Source of the DNA: a virus | Lineage: Duplodnaviria > Caudoviricetes | Direction: 5' to 3' (one strand) | DNA: 60,626 nt | IMG/VR virus record: IMGVR_UViG_3300008113_004447 | Span: 1 to 60,626 of that record | Shown: one piece after another, positions 37,392 to 48,099 of the stretch | Position numbering within the stretch: position 1 is the stretch's first letter | Layout: each line of letters opens with the position of its first letter | Notes under the pieces: generated by a model | Databases searched by the model: none | What the model was told of the DNA's origin: nothing | The model's input: the letters and a program-made list of their open reading frames with translations, nothing else | Position numbers and translations under genes: made by a program

Positions 37392-38125
37392 AGTTACATA
37401 ATGTAGACGGAGTTAATATACCATTCGAAACTACATGGAATAATATTGCCATTAGTGTAAGCGGTGGCGCTGATAGTGCTATGTTAGCTTATCTTCTTTG
37501 CAACCTAGTTCCTAGCTATCAAAAGAATTTCAAAGTTCATGTCATTAGCCATGTACGTATGTGGAAAACAAGACCATGGCAACAATGGGACAGCGTGTCT
37601 GTTTATAACTGGCTTACACATCGATTTCCTAATATAACATTCCAGAGACATATTAATTTTATAGCACCCGAATTAGAGTACGGAAACATAGGTCCGTCAT
37701 TGACAGACGAATACGGAAAAAATGTTAGTGGTGATAATATAGAACAACGATCATTTGCTGAATTTACTTGTCATCGTGAAGATGTTGATGCGTACTATAA
37801 TGCTGTTACACGCAATCCTAAAGATGTAAATTTTAAAGGGATGTCGGAAAGAGACATTGACCCCAACGAAAGTAATCAACATTTAACAATAATGATCCAT
37901 ATGGGGAAATACGCAATTCACCCGTTTAGATTTGTAGAAAAGTCTTGGATAGTTAATCAATACAAACGATTAGACATTGAAGATCTATTTAATATTACCC
38001 GTAGCTGCGAAGGCGAGTTTAACGGAATAAATTATAAAACATATACACCTGGACAATTTGTTCCGTTATGTAACGAATGTTTTTGGTGTAAAGAAAGGGC
38101 GTGGGCAATTGAACAGCAACATTAA
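37388..38125 (+). CDS. PP-loop ATPase, QueC-like
   Basis: SVSGGADS; TRSC...CNECFWC. Confidence 0.7.
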   Translation: MKLHNVDGVNIPFETTWNNIAISVSGGADSAMLAYLLCNLVPSYQKNFKVHVISHVRMWKTRPWQQWDSVSVYNWLTHRFPNITFQRHINFIAPELEYGNIGPSLTDEYGKNVSGDNIEQRSFAEFTCHREDVDAYYNAVTRNPKDVNFKGMSERDIDPNESNQHLTIMIHMGKYAIHPFRFVEKSWIVNQYKRLDIEDLFNITRSCEGEFNGINYKTYTPGQFVPLCNECFWCKERAWAIEQQH

Positions 38126-39377
38126 TCCTCCAACATTTTGTATGCACCCTTTTACAGGACTAGCTACTAGAGAAGACGGTGCTATACAAGTATGCTGCCG
38201 TAGCCATCCTATTGGCTGGATACAAGAACAATCACTAGAAGAAATATGGAACGGCGATAACATGAAACGTATTCGCAAACAGGTACTCGGCGGTGTCCGT
38301 CCTCCTGAGTGTGAACCATGTTTTAGTTTAGAAGACCAAGGGGTTGAAAGTTTAAGATTGCGACATATCAAAGGCGAAATACCAGAAGCACGTATTAAAT
38401 TATATCCAAACGCAACTGCGGCAATGCATAGTGATTTTACTATGCCTTTTGAAATTCCAACAATGGAATTAAAATTAAATAATCTTTGCAATTTAAAGTG
38501 TCGTATGTGTCATCCAGGCGATAGCACCAGTTGGAATGATTGGAGTGAAATTAAAGATTTTTATAAAGGTTCTGGACAGGTTATTTTTAATCTAGTAGAA
38601 GAACATAATTTAGAAAATAAACCGTTACTTGATAAGTTCGAAGATAACCCTAATTGGTGGGCGAGTTTAGAAAAGAACCTGCCTCACTTTAGACGTGTGG
38701 AGTTTGCAGGTGGCGAGCCGCTAATGGATCCACAGCATTATCGAATCTTAGACATGCTTGCTCCGTATGGACACCAAATTGAAATTAAGTATGCTACTAA
38801 TCTAACTACCTTAGGTAAAGGTAATAGAACAGTTTGGGAATACTGGCCCAAGTTCAAATCAGTGGCTGTAAATGTAAGCATAGACGGAATTAGTTCTAGT
38901 TATGAATATGTTAGAGGAAATGCTTCGTGGGAAGAATTAATTAATAATATAAAACAAATACAAACTATCCCTAATATTAGTCGTATAGTCGGTGCTGTTG
39001 CAGTGCAAGTAAGCAATGTATTGGTATTAGATAAAATGATAGAATATTTTTTAAATGATTTAGGTATTGTATTTTATACAAACATGGTAAAATACCCTAA
39101 TGTATTATCCATTCAAACATTACCGGCGCCTTTAAAGAATATTGCATATCATAAATTAGAAGTAATGAAAAGTAAAATATTAGAATATAAAATGATTAAA
39201 GAACATCCAATGCTTGTAGGAATTACTATTGGACAAATTGAAGGAGTTCAAAATTTCCTCCGTGCTAAGGATGAAAATCACTTATGGAAAGATTGTATCG
39301 AATTTAATCGTAAACTAGATGTCACCCGCAGTCAAAGTTTTACAGATGTAACTCCGGAATTCAAACCATATGTATAA
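38109..39377 (+). CDS. Radical SAM protein with N-terminal SPASM/twitch-like domain
   Basis: FCMHPF...VCC; CNLKCRMC; GGEPL. Confidence 0.9.
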   Translation: MNSNINPPTFCMHPFTGLATREDGAIQVCCRSHPIGWIQEQSLEEIWNGDNMKRIRKQVLGGVRPPECEPCFSLEDQGVESLRLRHIKGEIPEARIKLYPNATAAMHSDFTMPFEIPTMELKLNNLCNLKCRMCHPGDSTSWNDWSEIKDFYKGSGQVIFNLVEEHNLENKPLLDKFEDNPNWWASLEKNLPHFRRVEFAGGEPLMDPQHYRILDMLAPYGHQIEIKYATNLTTLGKGNRTVWEYWPKFKSVAVNVSIDGISSSYEYVRGNASWEELINNIKQIQTIPNISRIVGAVAVQVSNVLVLDKMIEYFLNDLGIVFYTNMVKYPNVLSIQTLPAPLKNIAYHKLEVMKSKILEYKMIKEHPMLVGITIGQIEGVQNFLRAKDENHLWKDCIEFNRKLDVTRSQSFTDVTPEFKPYV

Positions 39378-40263
39378 AATTACAAGTTCGTGGCCTCATC
39401 AAGATCAAATTAAAATTGAATGGAATCTTGGCAAACGTTGCAACTACGACTGTACATATTGTCCATCAAGTATCCATGATAACTTTAGTCCGCATACCGA
39501 TATTAATTTGTTAGAAGCAACTGTGGACAAATTATGCAAGCTCGGCAAACCTCTAAGAATAAGCCTAACTGGTGGCGAGCCGTGTGTACACCCTGACATA
39601 GAAGATTTATTAGACTATTTTAAACGCAAGGGTATTTTTTGGGTCAATTTAACAACCAACGGCACTAGGGGTTATCGTTGGTATCTTCAACACGAAATGT
39701 TTTTTAATCATCTTGTGTTTAGTTTACATTTTGAACACGAATGGGCTAGAATATTTGATACTATTTTAAAATATTATGATAGTACAGAAAGAGATTTCTT
39801 TGTTAATGTAATGGCTCATCATGACTACATGCACAATGTTAAAGTTGTTGTTAAAAAGTTTGATGAAATTGGAGTCAAATATGCTGTTCGCAGAATTCGT
39901 TGGACCGAAGGTGATCATAATGTATTTGACGATTTGAAATATGATGGTAAAGATCTACAATGGATCTTGGACCATGACGCTACCGTTAAACCAAACTGTC
40001 GTATTGATGAAGAAAAAATTATCCATGCCAATGATGTGATTAAACAACACTTAAATCAATTCAAAGGTTGGCAATGCAATGCAGGCTTGGAAAGTTTGAT
40101 GATTAACTGGGACGGCGAAGTGCATCGTGCTACTTGTAGAGTAGGCGGTAGTTTAGGCAACATATATCAAGGTACCTTTACTATTCCTACCTCCCCAATT
40201 ATATGTACTAGAGATTACTGCACCTGTGCTGCAGATATACCATTATCTAAATTAAAGATTTAG
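39370..40263 (+). CDS. Radical SAM/SPASM protein
   Basis: CNYDCTYC; GGEP; C-terminal CNAG...C...CTRDYCTC. Confidence 0.9.
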   Translation: MYKITSSWPHQDQIKIEWNLGKRCNYDCTYCPSSIHDNFSPHTDINLLEATVDKLCKLGKPLRISLTGGEPCVHPDIEDLLDYFKRKGIFWVNLTTNGTRGYRWYLQHEMFFNHLVFSLHFEHEWARIFDTILKYYDSTERDFFVNVMAHHDYMHNVKVVVKKFDEIGVKYAVRRIRWTEGDHNVFDDLKYDGKDLQWILDHDATVKPNCRIDEEKIIHANDVIKQHLNQFKGWQCNAGLESLMINWDGEVHRATCRVGGSLGNIYQGTFTIPTSPIICTRDYCTCAADIPLSKLKI

Positions 40264-41248
40264 TAACATGTGTCTCTGGTTGGCATGAGCATGTTTCGCG
40301 TGGACATATGATTGACTTAAAATCAATTATTGGGGCAAAGTCTTGTTCAAATGTTTCTGAAAATACATTAGGCACATTATCCCCAAATACTGACTCCTGA
40401 CACGAACCTGTTGCTGATCCGTCTGGGTTTATCAATAGTGTTTCTAACGCAACATTACACTTCCAGCCTTTAAATTTGTTCCATCGATTAACTATAATCG
40501 AATGTGCTCTAGCAGGATATGCTGACTCATCATCAAACATCACAATACTTTCGTGTGTTCTAATGTCTCCAAAGTTTCTAATAATCCAATCAGAATCAGG
40601 AACACGCTTGAGACTAGCATTAACATAGGCCAGCTGTTCTTCGTTGTAGACATCCATTCCCCGTCCAGGCGAATCAACAACTTCCTTAGTTTGAATATAC
40701 CAAGGATATTCACTTTGTTTCATCTTTTCAACATATGAAATACACTTATCCCAATTTTGTGCATCCATTAACATAAGTCCGTTTACTTTAACTCCGTTGC
40801 TGTGTAACTTATCAGCGACCGCAACATAGTGATCGATATCAGTAAACTCATTATGTCCGCTTAAAGTTACTGCATCAAAGTATGCTGAATTTTCATTCCA
40901 CCAATTTAGTGTACGAGATCCGTTGGTAATAACAGTAATGCGAACATCGTGTTGTTCTTTTATTTCTTTACAAAACTTTTCAATATGCGGCCATATAGTT
41001 GGTTCGCCGCCGCCAGTAAGCATCAAGTTAAATTTTGTTTTGTTAAGATTGTTAGTGTATGCATCGAACAATATACGGAAATTCTTGATAACTGTGTCAA
41101 TATTCTTTGGGTATCTAAATTTGTTTACATTTCCAGAACCAGGGAAACAATAAGAACAGTTGAAATTACAGATGTCAGTGGGTATAAACCTTACGTGAAG
41201 GACATCTGGTTCTTGTGTTGATATAATTTTTATAGGAATTTTTTTCAT
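40247..41248 (-). CDS. Radical SAM/SPASM protein
   Basis: CNFNCSYC; GGGEPT; CPRETCSC. Confidence 0.9.
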   Translation of the reverse strand: MKKIPIKIISTQEPDVLHVRFIPTDICNFNCSYCFPGSGNVNKFRYPKNIDTVIKNFRILFDAYTNNLNKTKFNLMLTGGGEPTIWPHIEKFCKEIKEQHDVRITVITNGSRTLNWWNENSAYFDAVTLSGHNEFTDIDHYVAVADKLHSNGVKVNGLMLMDAQNWDKCISYVEKMKQSEYPWYIQTKEVVDSPGRGMDVYNEEQLAYVNASLKRVPDSDWIIRNFGDIRTHESIVMFDDESAYPARAHSIIVNRWNKFKGWKCNVALETLLINPDGSATGSCQESVFGDNVPNVFSETFEQDFAPIIDFKSIICPRETCSCQPETHVTKSLI

Positions 41249-42654
41249 AATATGTGTGCCAGTTCTGGAAATATTTTTTTAGCATCCAGATGTCGAATTT
41301 CATCTAAGTTTTTAATGTACTCTTTGAAGTCTGGCAACATATGACTATGGTCTTCTGCATCAATAAATTTTAAAATGCCTTCCCATCGTTTCCAGCCATA
41401 GGGATTATGATGCCAGAAGTTGTCGTCTTGAGTGTAATTGTCCCATAACCATTGTTTAAATTCAACAAACTGTTGCCGTATTTCGTCTTTGTCTTTTTGC
41501 GGTAGTATCCTAGCACTCAAGAAAGTAGGAATATATAACAGGTGTAGATTTATGATACCGCCCCCTGTTTCATAATCATCTAATTTAAACTTATTAATTT
41601 TTTTAAAGTTCTGTTCTAACTTCCATTTAGCAAAATCGACAATATGTTTGACGTTTAACACCTGTACCGCACAAGCAACAGCACAATGTACATTATCAGG
41701 AGCATTGTCCATTAGACGTAAACTAGCTAAGATGTCTTGCCAATCGGTCGGAAATCTAATATAGCCGTTACGTAAGTGTACTGCATCGATGCTAAATGCA
41801 AACCGCACCTGTTTGAACTGTGCCCAGATATCAATTATTTCTTGGTTGACAAAAATGCCGTTTGAATTATAGCGTAGACTAATTTGTTTGGCATATCCAC
41901 GTTTAATAATTTCATCTAAGAATCTACGATGCTCTTTAATCATTAAAGGCTCACCGCCAGCAAAGTATAACTGTGTTATATTAGGAATTTGATCAAATAC
42001 ATCGTTCCAAAATTCTGGCTTCTCGTACCAAGTATTATTAAATTCTGCTGCTTTCCAATCGATTTGTTTTAACACAATAGGACTAGAAGTCATGTTAACT
42101 ACTTTAGCATGATCCTGTATCCAACGACTGCTATCGTGCGGACTACACATAACACATTTTAAATTGCAGGTATGCCCAAGCCTTAGATCTAAGTAACGAA
42201 TAACAGGAGGAACTACTCCATCTTCTGTGGTATCGGCAATTAGTTGAGCAACATCTAACCCATCGCGATTCCATTCATACATTTCCCATAGACGTTTGCT
42301 CACAATACCGTTGCTTTCTTCTTCAAAACATTTACTACAACTAGCTGGTATCTTACCTTCTAGCATTGTCTTACGTACATCACGCATATATTCATTGTTG
42401 AATGCGCTTAGAGGAGTATCCTTGCCAAAGTTTGCAGGCTCTCCGTTTTCTTTTTTAACCAATCCTACAGTATGATCGCCAGTATGAGCTCCGCTAGCGT
42501 TAGTAACACAACACAATCTAGCATCTCCATTAGGGCGAGTAGCCATATGAATCCAAGGAAGGGCACAGAAGCTATAACTTCCAGTGAGTTTCTCAATTAA
42601 TCTCTGGCCTGCACCAATACGAGTATCTTCGGGCTGTAGCCAAAATACTTTCAT
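41245..42654 (-). CDS. Radical SAM protein with N-terminal SPASM/twitch-like domain
   Basis: FCALPW...LCC; CNLKCVMC; GGEPL. Confidence 0.9.
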   Translation of the reverse strand: MKVFWLQPEDTRIGAGQRLIEKLTGSYSFCALPWIHMATRPNGDARLCCVTNASGAHTGDHTVGLVKKENGEPANFGKDTPLSAFNNEYMRDVRKTMLEGKIPASCSKCFEEESNGIVSKRLWEMYEWNRDGLDVAQLIADTTEDGVVPPVIRYLDLRLGHTCNLKCVMCSPHDSSRWIQDHAKVVNMTSSPIVLKQIDWKAAEFNNTWYEKPEFWNDVFDQIPNITQLYFAGGEPLMIKEHRRFLDEIIKRGYAKQISLRYNSNGIFVNQEIIDIWAQFKQVRFAFSIDAVHLRNGYIRFPTDWQDILASLRLMDNAPDNVHCAVACAVQVLNVKHIVDFAKWKLEQNFKKINKFKLDDYETGGGIINLHLLYIPTFLSARILPQKDKDEIRQQFVEFKQWLWDNYTQDDNFWHHNPYGWKRWEGILKFIDAEDHSHMLPDFKEYIKNLDEIRHLDAKKIFPELAHIL

Positions 42655-43712
42655 TTAACTTCCTGATCCTTAAATTTAGCAAAGGTGTTTGTAGGACCTA
42701 CCCCACAGCTTCTAGCACAGACAATCATTTTTTCCTTATACCAGTAGTCGTCCCACATAGTTTGAAATGCTTCTGAATCAATTATATCTTGTAACGGACG
42801 CTCTATTAGATTAACAGTACCCAATCTTGAACTCATATCGTCATGTTGACGTTTCATTTCGTTACGTACACCGGCAGCTTCGTCATCGCTGATAACTGTA
42901 TAAGGTATATTTGCCATCCAGCAACAAGGATAAAAATCTTTGTATGCATCGATGTACACTTCGTTTTCATGTTGTGCTTTACAATGAATAGTCGAATCAG
43001 CAAGAATTTCCTTGTAAGCCTGAATAACTTTTCTATCAATAAATTTTAAAGGAGTATCAGATGCTGGCTCAACATAATGTGTTAAATTACCAGCTCGATC
43101 TACAACAGCCTGTCTCGGTTCTATGATAAATCTACTGCTGTTTTTTAAGGTGAATCTTGCAAACCCTAATTCATCTGCCATGCGTCTTGCATCTTCAACT
43201 TGATGTTCATTATGTTTGAATCGTATAAAACACCATTCTGCATTTCCGCCAGCAGCTATAAATGCCTGTGCATTTTTTAGAACCGTTTCAAATTTAGTAC
43301 CTACTCGATACAGGTGATGTGTATCTTCTAGTCCATCTAATGCAAAGACAACAATGTGGTCCGACGGTAATGCCTGAGCTAGCTTTTGCCACCAGTCGGT
43401 TGTACGGGCACCACCATTTGTATGTACTGCTACGTGTACTGTAGGAGCAGTGATCTTTGCATATGCGCACATCTTGATTAAATCATTGTTAAGCATCGGA
43501 TCGCCGAACGTCCCGCAGAAATAGAAACTGTGCAATTGTTTCAAAAACTCTGGATACATGATGGTTTTAAAATCTTCAAAGGTCCATTCGTTGATTTTAA
43601 TCAACGGGTTTTCTTTACCGCTATCAATATTTCTACTGCACATAGGACAACTTGCTTGGCAGTTATTGGATATTTCCAAATGTACTTGTTTTATTTCGTT
43701 AAATTTAAACAT
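42651..43712 (-). CDS. Radical SAM/SPASM protein
   Basis: CQASCPMC; YPCC; CARSCG. Confidence 0.9.
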   Translation of the reverse strand: MFKFNEIKQVHLEISNNCQASCPMCSRNIDSGKENPLIKINEWTFEDFKTIMYPEFLKQLHSFYFCGTFGDPMLNNDLIKMCAYAKITAPTVHVAVHTNGGARTTDWWQKLAQALPSDHIVVFALDGLEDTHHLYRVGTKFETVLKNAQAFIAAGGNAEWCFIRFKHNEHQVEDARRMADELGFARFTLKNSSRFIIEPRQAVVDRAGNLTHYVEPASDTPLKFIDRKVIQAYKEILADSTIHCKAQHENEVYIDAYKDFYPCCWMANIPYTVISDDEAAGVRNEMKRQHDDMSSRLGTVNLIERPLQDIIDSEAFQTMWDDYWYKEKMIVCARSCGVGPTNTFAKFKDQEVK

Positions 43713-44793
43713 TAGTTTCTACAATTTTAATTTTTTGCTCATTGATACTTATGTAAGGACTGTATGGTCCGCACATTATTATACAAGTAGAACTGGATCT
43801 TTCATCCCATTTTTTCTGCCACATAGTTTGCCATTGATCAGTATCGACAATGTTTTTTAACCCTGTAGTTAACACATTAAATTTTGGAAACGATAATACC
43901 TGTTCTTGAACTTTTGCGCCTTCTTCTACAATGGAATCTTCTTCATATAAATTATACTGTTTCAATAATTTAGAATCATAACTGGTATACATGAATGCGC
44001 CAATCATACAACACGGACTCAATAGGTAGTGAGCATCGATGTACAGCTCTTTGTCATTTTGTGATTGACAATGTATCTCGTCAGCTCTCGGCCACTCTTG
44101 ATGCCCAGCAACATCATTCTTGCTAACAAACTTAACTACGCTATCTGTAGTTTGCTCTATGTTATATAAAAGTTTACCATCAGCATCTACTACAGGGAAC
44201 GGTCTACTGAATCGTTTACTATTCTTTACTGTAAAACGTTTGAAACCAATTTTGGCCGATACTTTTTCTGCTTCGCTAACCTGATGTTCGTTATGTTTGA
44301 ATTTAATAAAGACCCATTCGGCAATTCCGCCTGCTTGAATAAAGGCACAGGCATTATCGATAATTTTTTTGAACGACGTGCCGATACGATAAATGTGGTG
44401 AGTACCTTCTAGCCCGTCTAACGCAAAAATTACTCTGTGATTTGGCGGCAACGACTGTGCTAACAGTTTCCACCACGAGGCAGATCTTGCGCTGCCGTTG
44501 GTATGTATTAGAACTTCAATATTAGGAGCATGCTCTTTTACATACTCACACATTTTGATTAGATTATTATTTAGAATAGGATCGCCAAAGTCTCCACAGA
44601 AGCTGAGTTGATTAATTTGTTCTAACACATCCATTGAAAAAATTGTAATAAAGTCATCAAGACTCCAATCATTCAAAGGCAAAAGAGGATTTTCTATCCC
44701 GCCATGGATGTTTCTAGGACACATTGGACAGGATGCTTGACACCTATTAGTGATCTCAACCTGCACAATTTCTAATTGATCGAACTTAAACAT
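43705..44793 (-). CDS. Radical SAM/SPASM protein (tandem paralog)
   Basis: CQASCPMC; SPCC; CIIMCG. Confidence 0.9.
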   Translation of the reverse strand: MFKFDQLEIVQVEITNRCQASCPMCPRNIHGGIENPLLPLNDWSLDDFITIFSMDVLEQINQLSFCGDFGDPILNNNLIKMCEYVKEHAPNIEVLIHTNGSARSASWWKLLAQSLPPNHRVIFALDGLEGTHHIYRIGTSFKKIIDNACAFIQAGGIAEWVFIKFKHNEHQVSEAEKVSAKIGFKRFTVKNSKRFSRPFPVVDADGKLLYNIEQTTDSVVKFVSKNDVAGHQEWPRADEIHCQSQNDKELYIDAHYLLSPCCMIGAFMYTSYDSKLLKQYNLYEEDSIVEEGAKVQEQVLSFPKFNVLTTGLKNIVDTDQWQTMWQKKWDERSSSTCIIMCGPYSPYISINEQKIKIVETNV

Positions 44794-46321
44794 TTAGTTT
44801 CTTATTAATATAATTTTGAACGTGGTCTTTGTATTTTTGATCAGCAGTATCTACTTCCGATACTCTCTTATCATATACATCTTCGTATTGATTTGTTTCA
44901 TTATAGATAAACAGTCGATCAGTCAGAAAAGGATTACACCCCCGTAGGCCTTTAAATCCGTTGTTTGAATAAAAATCTTTTACTAGAGTTTCAGCTTGGT
45001 ACCAATCCATTGTGTTATGTTGCCAAATAACAATGTCATTCCTGGTACTGCCTACGCCACCGCCCCTGGGAGTTGTTGATTGAAAGACTACATCTTTGTT
45101 TGCATCTTTAAAAACATCGTACCCTGGATTCTGTCTTGCCTCTAACTTAACAAGACCATTGCTTACAAGCTCTTTGGTAAATCGACTTTGATTAGTAAGT
45201 GTTTCATCATAGTCGCCTATCTCTAATATGTGTGCGCTGGCGCTTTGTCTAGTCCAATGAGTATTCAACCATGCTAAACTAGTGTTCCAGGACTCGGTAG
45301 TTTCGCCCGGTATACCGCAAATCATTTGTATGTTTGCTCTATAACGTTTAGGTGCATGTGTATCAGTGTATGTCTGAAACTCTAATAGGCCCTGTTGTAA
45401 CTTGTCAGGATCCATTCCCTTGCGCACAAGTTTACCGGCCTCATGATTAAAAGTTTCAATACCCATACTGTGGCCAAGGAAGCCTAATTTAATATAGGTG
45501 TCCCAGTGCTCTTTGTGTTTAACAACTAAGTCCCCGCGAGCAAATCCACATATCCACGGATCATATCCTAGTTCGTCGACTGCCTCTGCATATTTTTGTA
45601 ATTTCTCAGGACGGTCGTTAAACGTTTCGTCCATTACTCGCCAATTTTTAATGCCCCACTTCTCATAACCTGTTTGCATTTGACGTTTAAATTCTTCTTT
45701 GCTAACACTAACGTCTTTGGATTGTCCAAGTAATGGAAAATTACAATAGCTGCAACTAAACATACAACCACGTGCTGTTTCAATTTGCGGACAATCATAC
45801 GGGCTCATAAAATCACGAGCTTCGTAGTCTACTAGATAGCTGTCTAATGGTGTACTTGGGTAATGATATAACCCCCTAATGACTTTCTTTGTACCAAAAA
45901 ACGCAGGATCAGTTAGTAACGGTGCGCCTAATGTACCAGTAAGATGCTTGCATAACGACAAGATAGCATTCTCACCATAGCTATCTACCCAGTAGTCAAC
46001 TCCATCAGCTGGAGTAACTAGTGCATTATTGCCGCCGACTACAACAGGTATAGTGGGGTATGATAGTTTAAGCCACGTAATGAATTCATTTAAGTAAGGA
46101 CTCCACGGATTTAAAAATGCTGTGCCAAAACAGAACATAACTGTGTTGTCTGTTGTACGTGAACGTACTAGTTCCTGTAATTCTTCTAATCGCCAAAAAG
46201 CAGTAAAGTCAACGACTTCAGCGTCCCAATCATTCATACGTAAAAACGTTGCCACACGGTGTGGCCAGAGGGCTCGTTCCCAACGCTTGCCTGTTAACGA
46301 AAAGAATAATGCGTGGTTCAT
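44786..46321 (-). CDS. B12-binding-domain-type radical SAM protein
   Basis: N-terminal VVVGG...GE; ETARGCMFSCSYC; DETFN; MGIETF. Confidence 0.8.
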   Translation of the reverse strand: MNHALFFSLTGKRWERALWPHRVATFLRMNDWDAEVVDFTAFWRLEELQELVRSRTTDNTVMFCFGTAFLNPWSPYLNEFITWLKLSYPTIPVVVGGNNALVTPADGVDYWVDSYGENAILSLCKHLTGTLGAPLLTDPAFFGTKKVIRGLYHYPSTPLDSYLVDYEARDFMSPYDCPQIETARGCMFSCSYCNFPLLGQSKDVSVSKEEFKRQMQTGYEKWGIKNWRVMDETFNDRPEKLQKYAEAVDELGYDPWICGFARGDLVVKHKEHWDTYIKLGFLGHSMGIETFNHEAGKLVRKGMDPDKLQQGLLEFQTYTDTHAPKRYRANIQMICGIPGETTESWNTSLAWLNTHWTRQSASAHILEIGDYDETLTNQSRFTKELVSNGLVKLEARQNPGYDVFKDANKDVVFQSTTPRGGGVGSTRNDIVIWQHNTMDWYQAETLVKDFYSNNGFKGLRGCNPFLTDRLFIYNETNQYEDVYDKRVSEVDTADQKYKDHVQNYINKKLNV

Positions 46322-46911
46322 TGATGTCCAATTACCATAAATCTTTTGTACAAGGGCAATTCTAATTCGCCTGTCCATAGAACATTTTCTAACTGACATT
46401 GTTGTGTAAACTCAGTTAGGTCTTTTGCGGTTCGAACATGCTCTGGAATATTATAATTGTTACTTTGTAAAACAAGCAAACTATTATGCGGCATTCCACT
46501 TAACCACAAGTCATATTGGTCCTGGGTAATATGTTCACAGCTGGTATTGATAACAACATCAGCATCGCTACGTATTTCGCACATATCGGAAGTGATAGCA
46601 CGAAACATCCCAGCCATCTCTTCTTTTTTATTCATCATGGTAGCAATAGGTTCGCACAATGGATCGATGTCAATGCTACGAATAGTAGTTACGCAGATGT
46701 CGCTTTGGAATAACATACTTGCTAATACTCCAACCCACCCTCCATGAATGTCAATGCTGACAACTTTGTTTACATTTTTACGAAGGTTAGTAATTAACCA
46801 TTCTTTGCTTTTAAGTTGTCCCTGCCAAAAGGCATCCATGGTCCTCATAGGATCAGGACTTTGGCGGATGGCCTGCATCCAATAATGTAGGTGTTCTGTA
46901 TCTATTTGCAT
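46318..46911 (-). CDS. Class I SAM-dependent methyltransferase-like
   Basis: IHGGWVGVLA, SIDID, INTSCEH. Confidence 0.7.
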   Translation of the reverse strand: MQIDTEHLHYWMQAIRQSPDPMRTMDAFWQGQLKSKEWLITNLRKNVNKVVSIDIHGGWVGVLASMLFQSDICVTTIRSIDIDPLCEPIATMMNKKEEMAGMFRAITSDMCEIRSDADVVINTSCEHITQDQYDLWLSGMPHNSLLVLQSNNYNIPEHVRTAKDLTEFTQQCQLENVLWTGELELPLYKRFMVIGHQ

Positions 46912-47879
46912 TTTGGTATCTTGCTATCTGCTGAACTCACACAGTTAGGAGTAATGCAGCGTTGAGGAGTTTTAAATAACTCAAATTTTTCTAAAGAGCC
47001 TAACGGTTCATCATGACAACTATATGATCTTTTAACTTCCTCACCTCTTATTATAACACTTTGATATCCGCTATTGCAATCCCAGTCTTTAAATTTGTTA
47101 AAACCGTAGGCATTGAATCGTTCTGCTTGATCGAATAAATGTTTAGTGCCGTCTGCTTCATATAGGGCAATTTGGTAAGTGTCTTCACCATTAGCACGTT
47201 GTGGAAATCCTGTTTGCATCTTGTGTATCATGTCTTCGGTATAGCCATCAACGATGCCCGATGCAGTTGGATTACTCTGTGGCTTTAGCGTTACGTTGAT
47301 TCCACGCTTATGGAAACGTTCCATGCGTTCATACAGTTCATAAAACTTTTCAGGTACCATTACTTGATTGATTGTAACGTGTACTAGTTCGTATTGTAAC
47401 TGTAAACACTTGTCGCCAAACTCTTGTTCCTTGGCAAACTCATCGTGAAAGCTGGCTGTAATACTTCTACGTTGTAACAGCGCAGTGTTGGCACACCAAG
47501 TGTTCCACCATTTGCTACCGGGACTCAAATTGGTAGTCATATGGATACTTTGGTAAGGGCTTTCGGTTTCGTCCAAATGTTTAACAAGATCATTTAACTG
47601 TTTATAAGCAGTGGGCTCACCGCCCGAGAAGCTCCAATGAAATTGATTGAATCCATTTTCACGAGCCTGTCGTTTGATTTCATCTACTGTTCGTTTGTAT
47701 ACATCTAACGATTGGTGATCTACTTTGTCACTGCGGGCATAGGGCCAACAGTAGCTACATTTATAATTGCAAAATCTTCCCAAAATCCAGCTAGTAGAAA
47801 ACAACGGTTGGCTTAACATTGTTCGTTGTCCAAATCGTACAATATTGTTAAACGGAATATTTTGAAAATTAGTTGTCAT
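46902..47879 (-). CDS. Radical SAM protein
   Basis: CNYKCSYC; SGGEPT; C-terminal Cys cluster. Confidence 0.9.
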   Translation of the reverse strand: MTTNFQNIPFNNIVRFGQRTMLSQPLFSTSWILGRFCNYKCSYCWPYARSDKVDHQSLDVYKRTVDEIKRQARENGFNQFHWSFSGGEPTAYKQLNDLVKHLDETESPYQSIHMTTNLSPGSKWWNTWCANTALLQRRSITASFHDEFAKEQEFGDKCLQLQYELVHVTINQVMVPEKFYELYERMERFHKRGINVTLKPQSNPTASGIVDGYTEDMIHKMQTGFPQRANGEDTYQIALYEADGTKHLFDQAERFNAYGFNKFKDWDCNSGYQSVIIRGEEVKRSYSCHDEPLGSLEKFELFKTPQRCITPNCVSSADSKIPKCK

Positions 47880-47942
47880 AAAGTGCTAATATTTAACCGA
47901 TAACCGCTTGCATTATGTTAAACAAGGTTATATAATAATAGT

Positions 47943-48054
47943 GTGGTCGTGAGTGGAATATGGCAGACCTCCAGCTCGTTGGGAAACGATGTTAGGGTGA
48001 GAGGCAACGTCTTAGACATCGCCTTTGTAGGTTCGAATCCTACCGACCACACCA
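47943..48054 (+). ncRNA. tRNA-like RNA with expanded non-canonical core
   Basis: Acceptor gtggtcg/cgaccac plus ACCA; T arm gtaggttcgaatcctac; promoter TTGCAT-17 nt-TATAAT just upstream. Confidence 0.75.
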
Positions 48055-48099
48055 ATTACTATTATAAGTAGTAGAACATAACTATAAGGAAAAAATATT

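Noticed and set aside
37388-47879. Assigning queC, queE, moaA or pqqE symbols in the island
   Set aside because: Motifs support only superfamily-level calls
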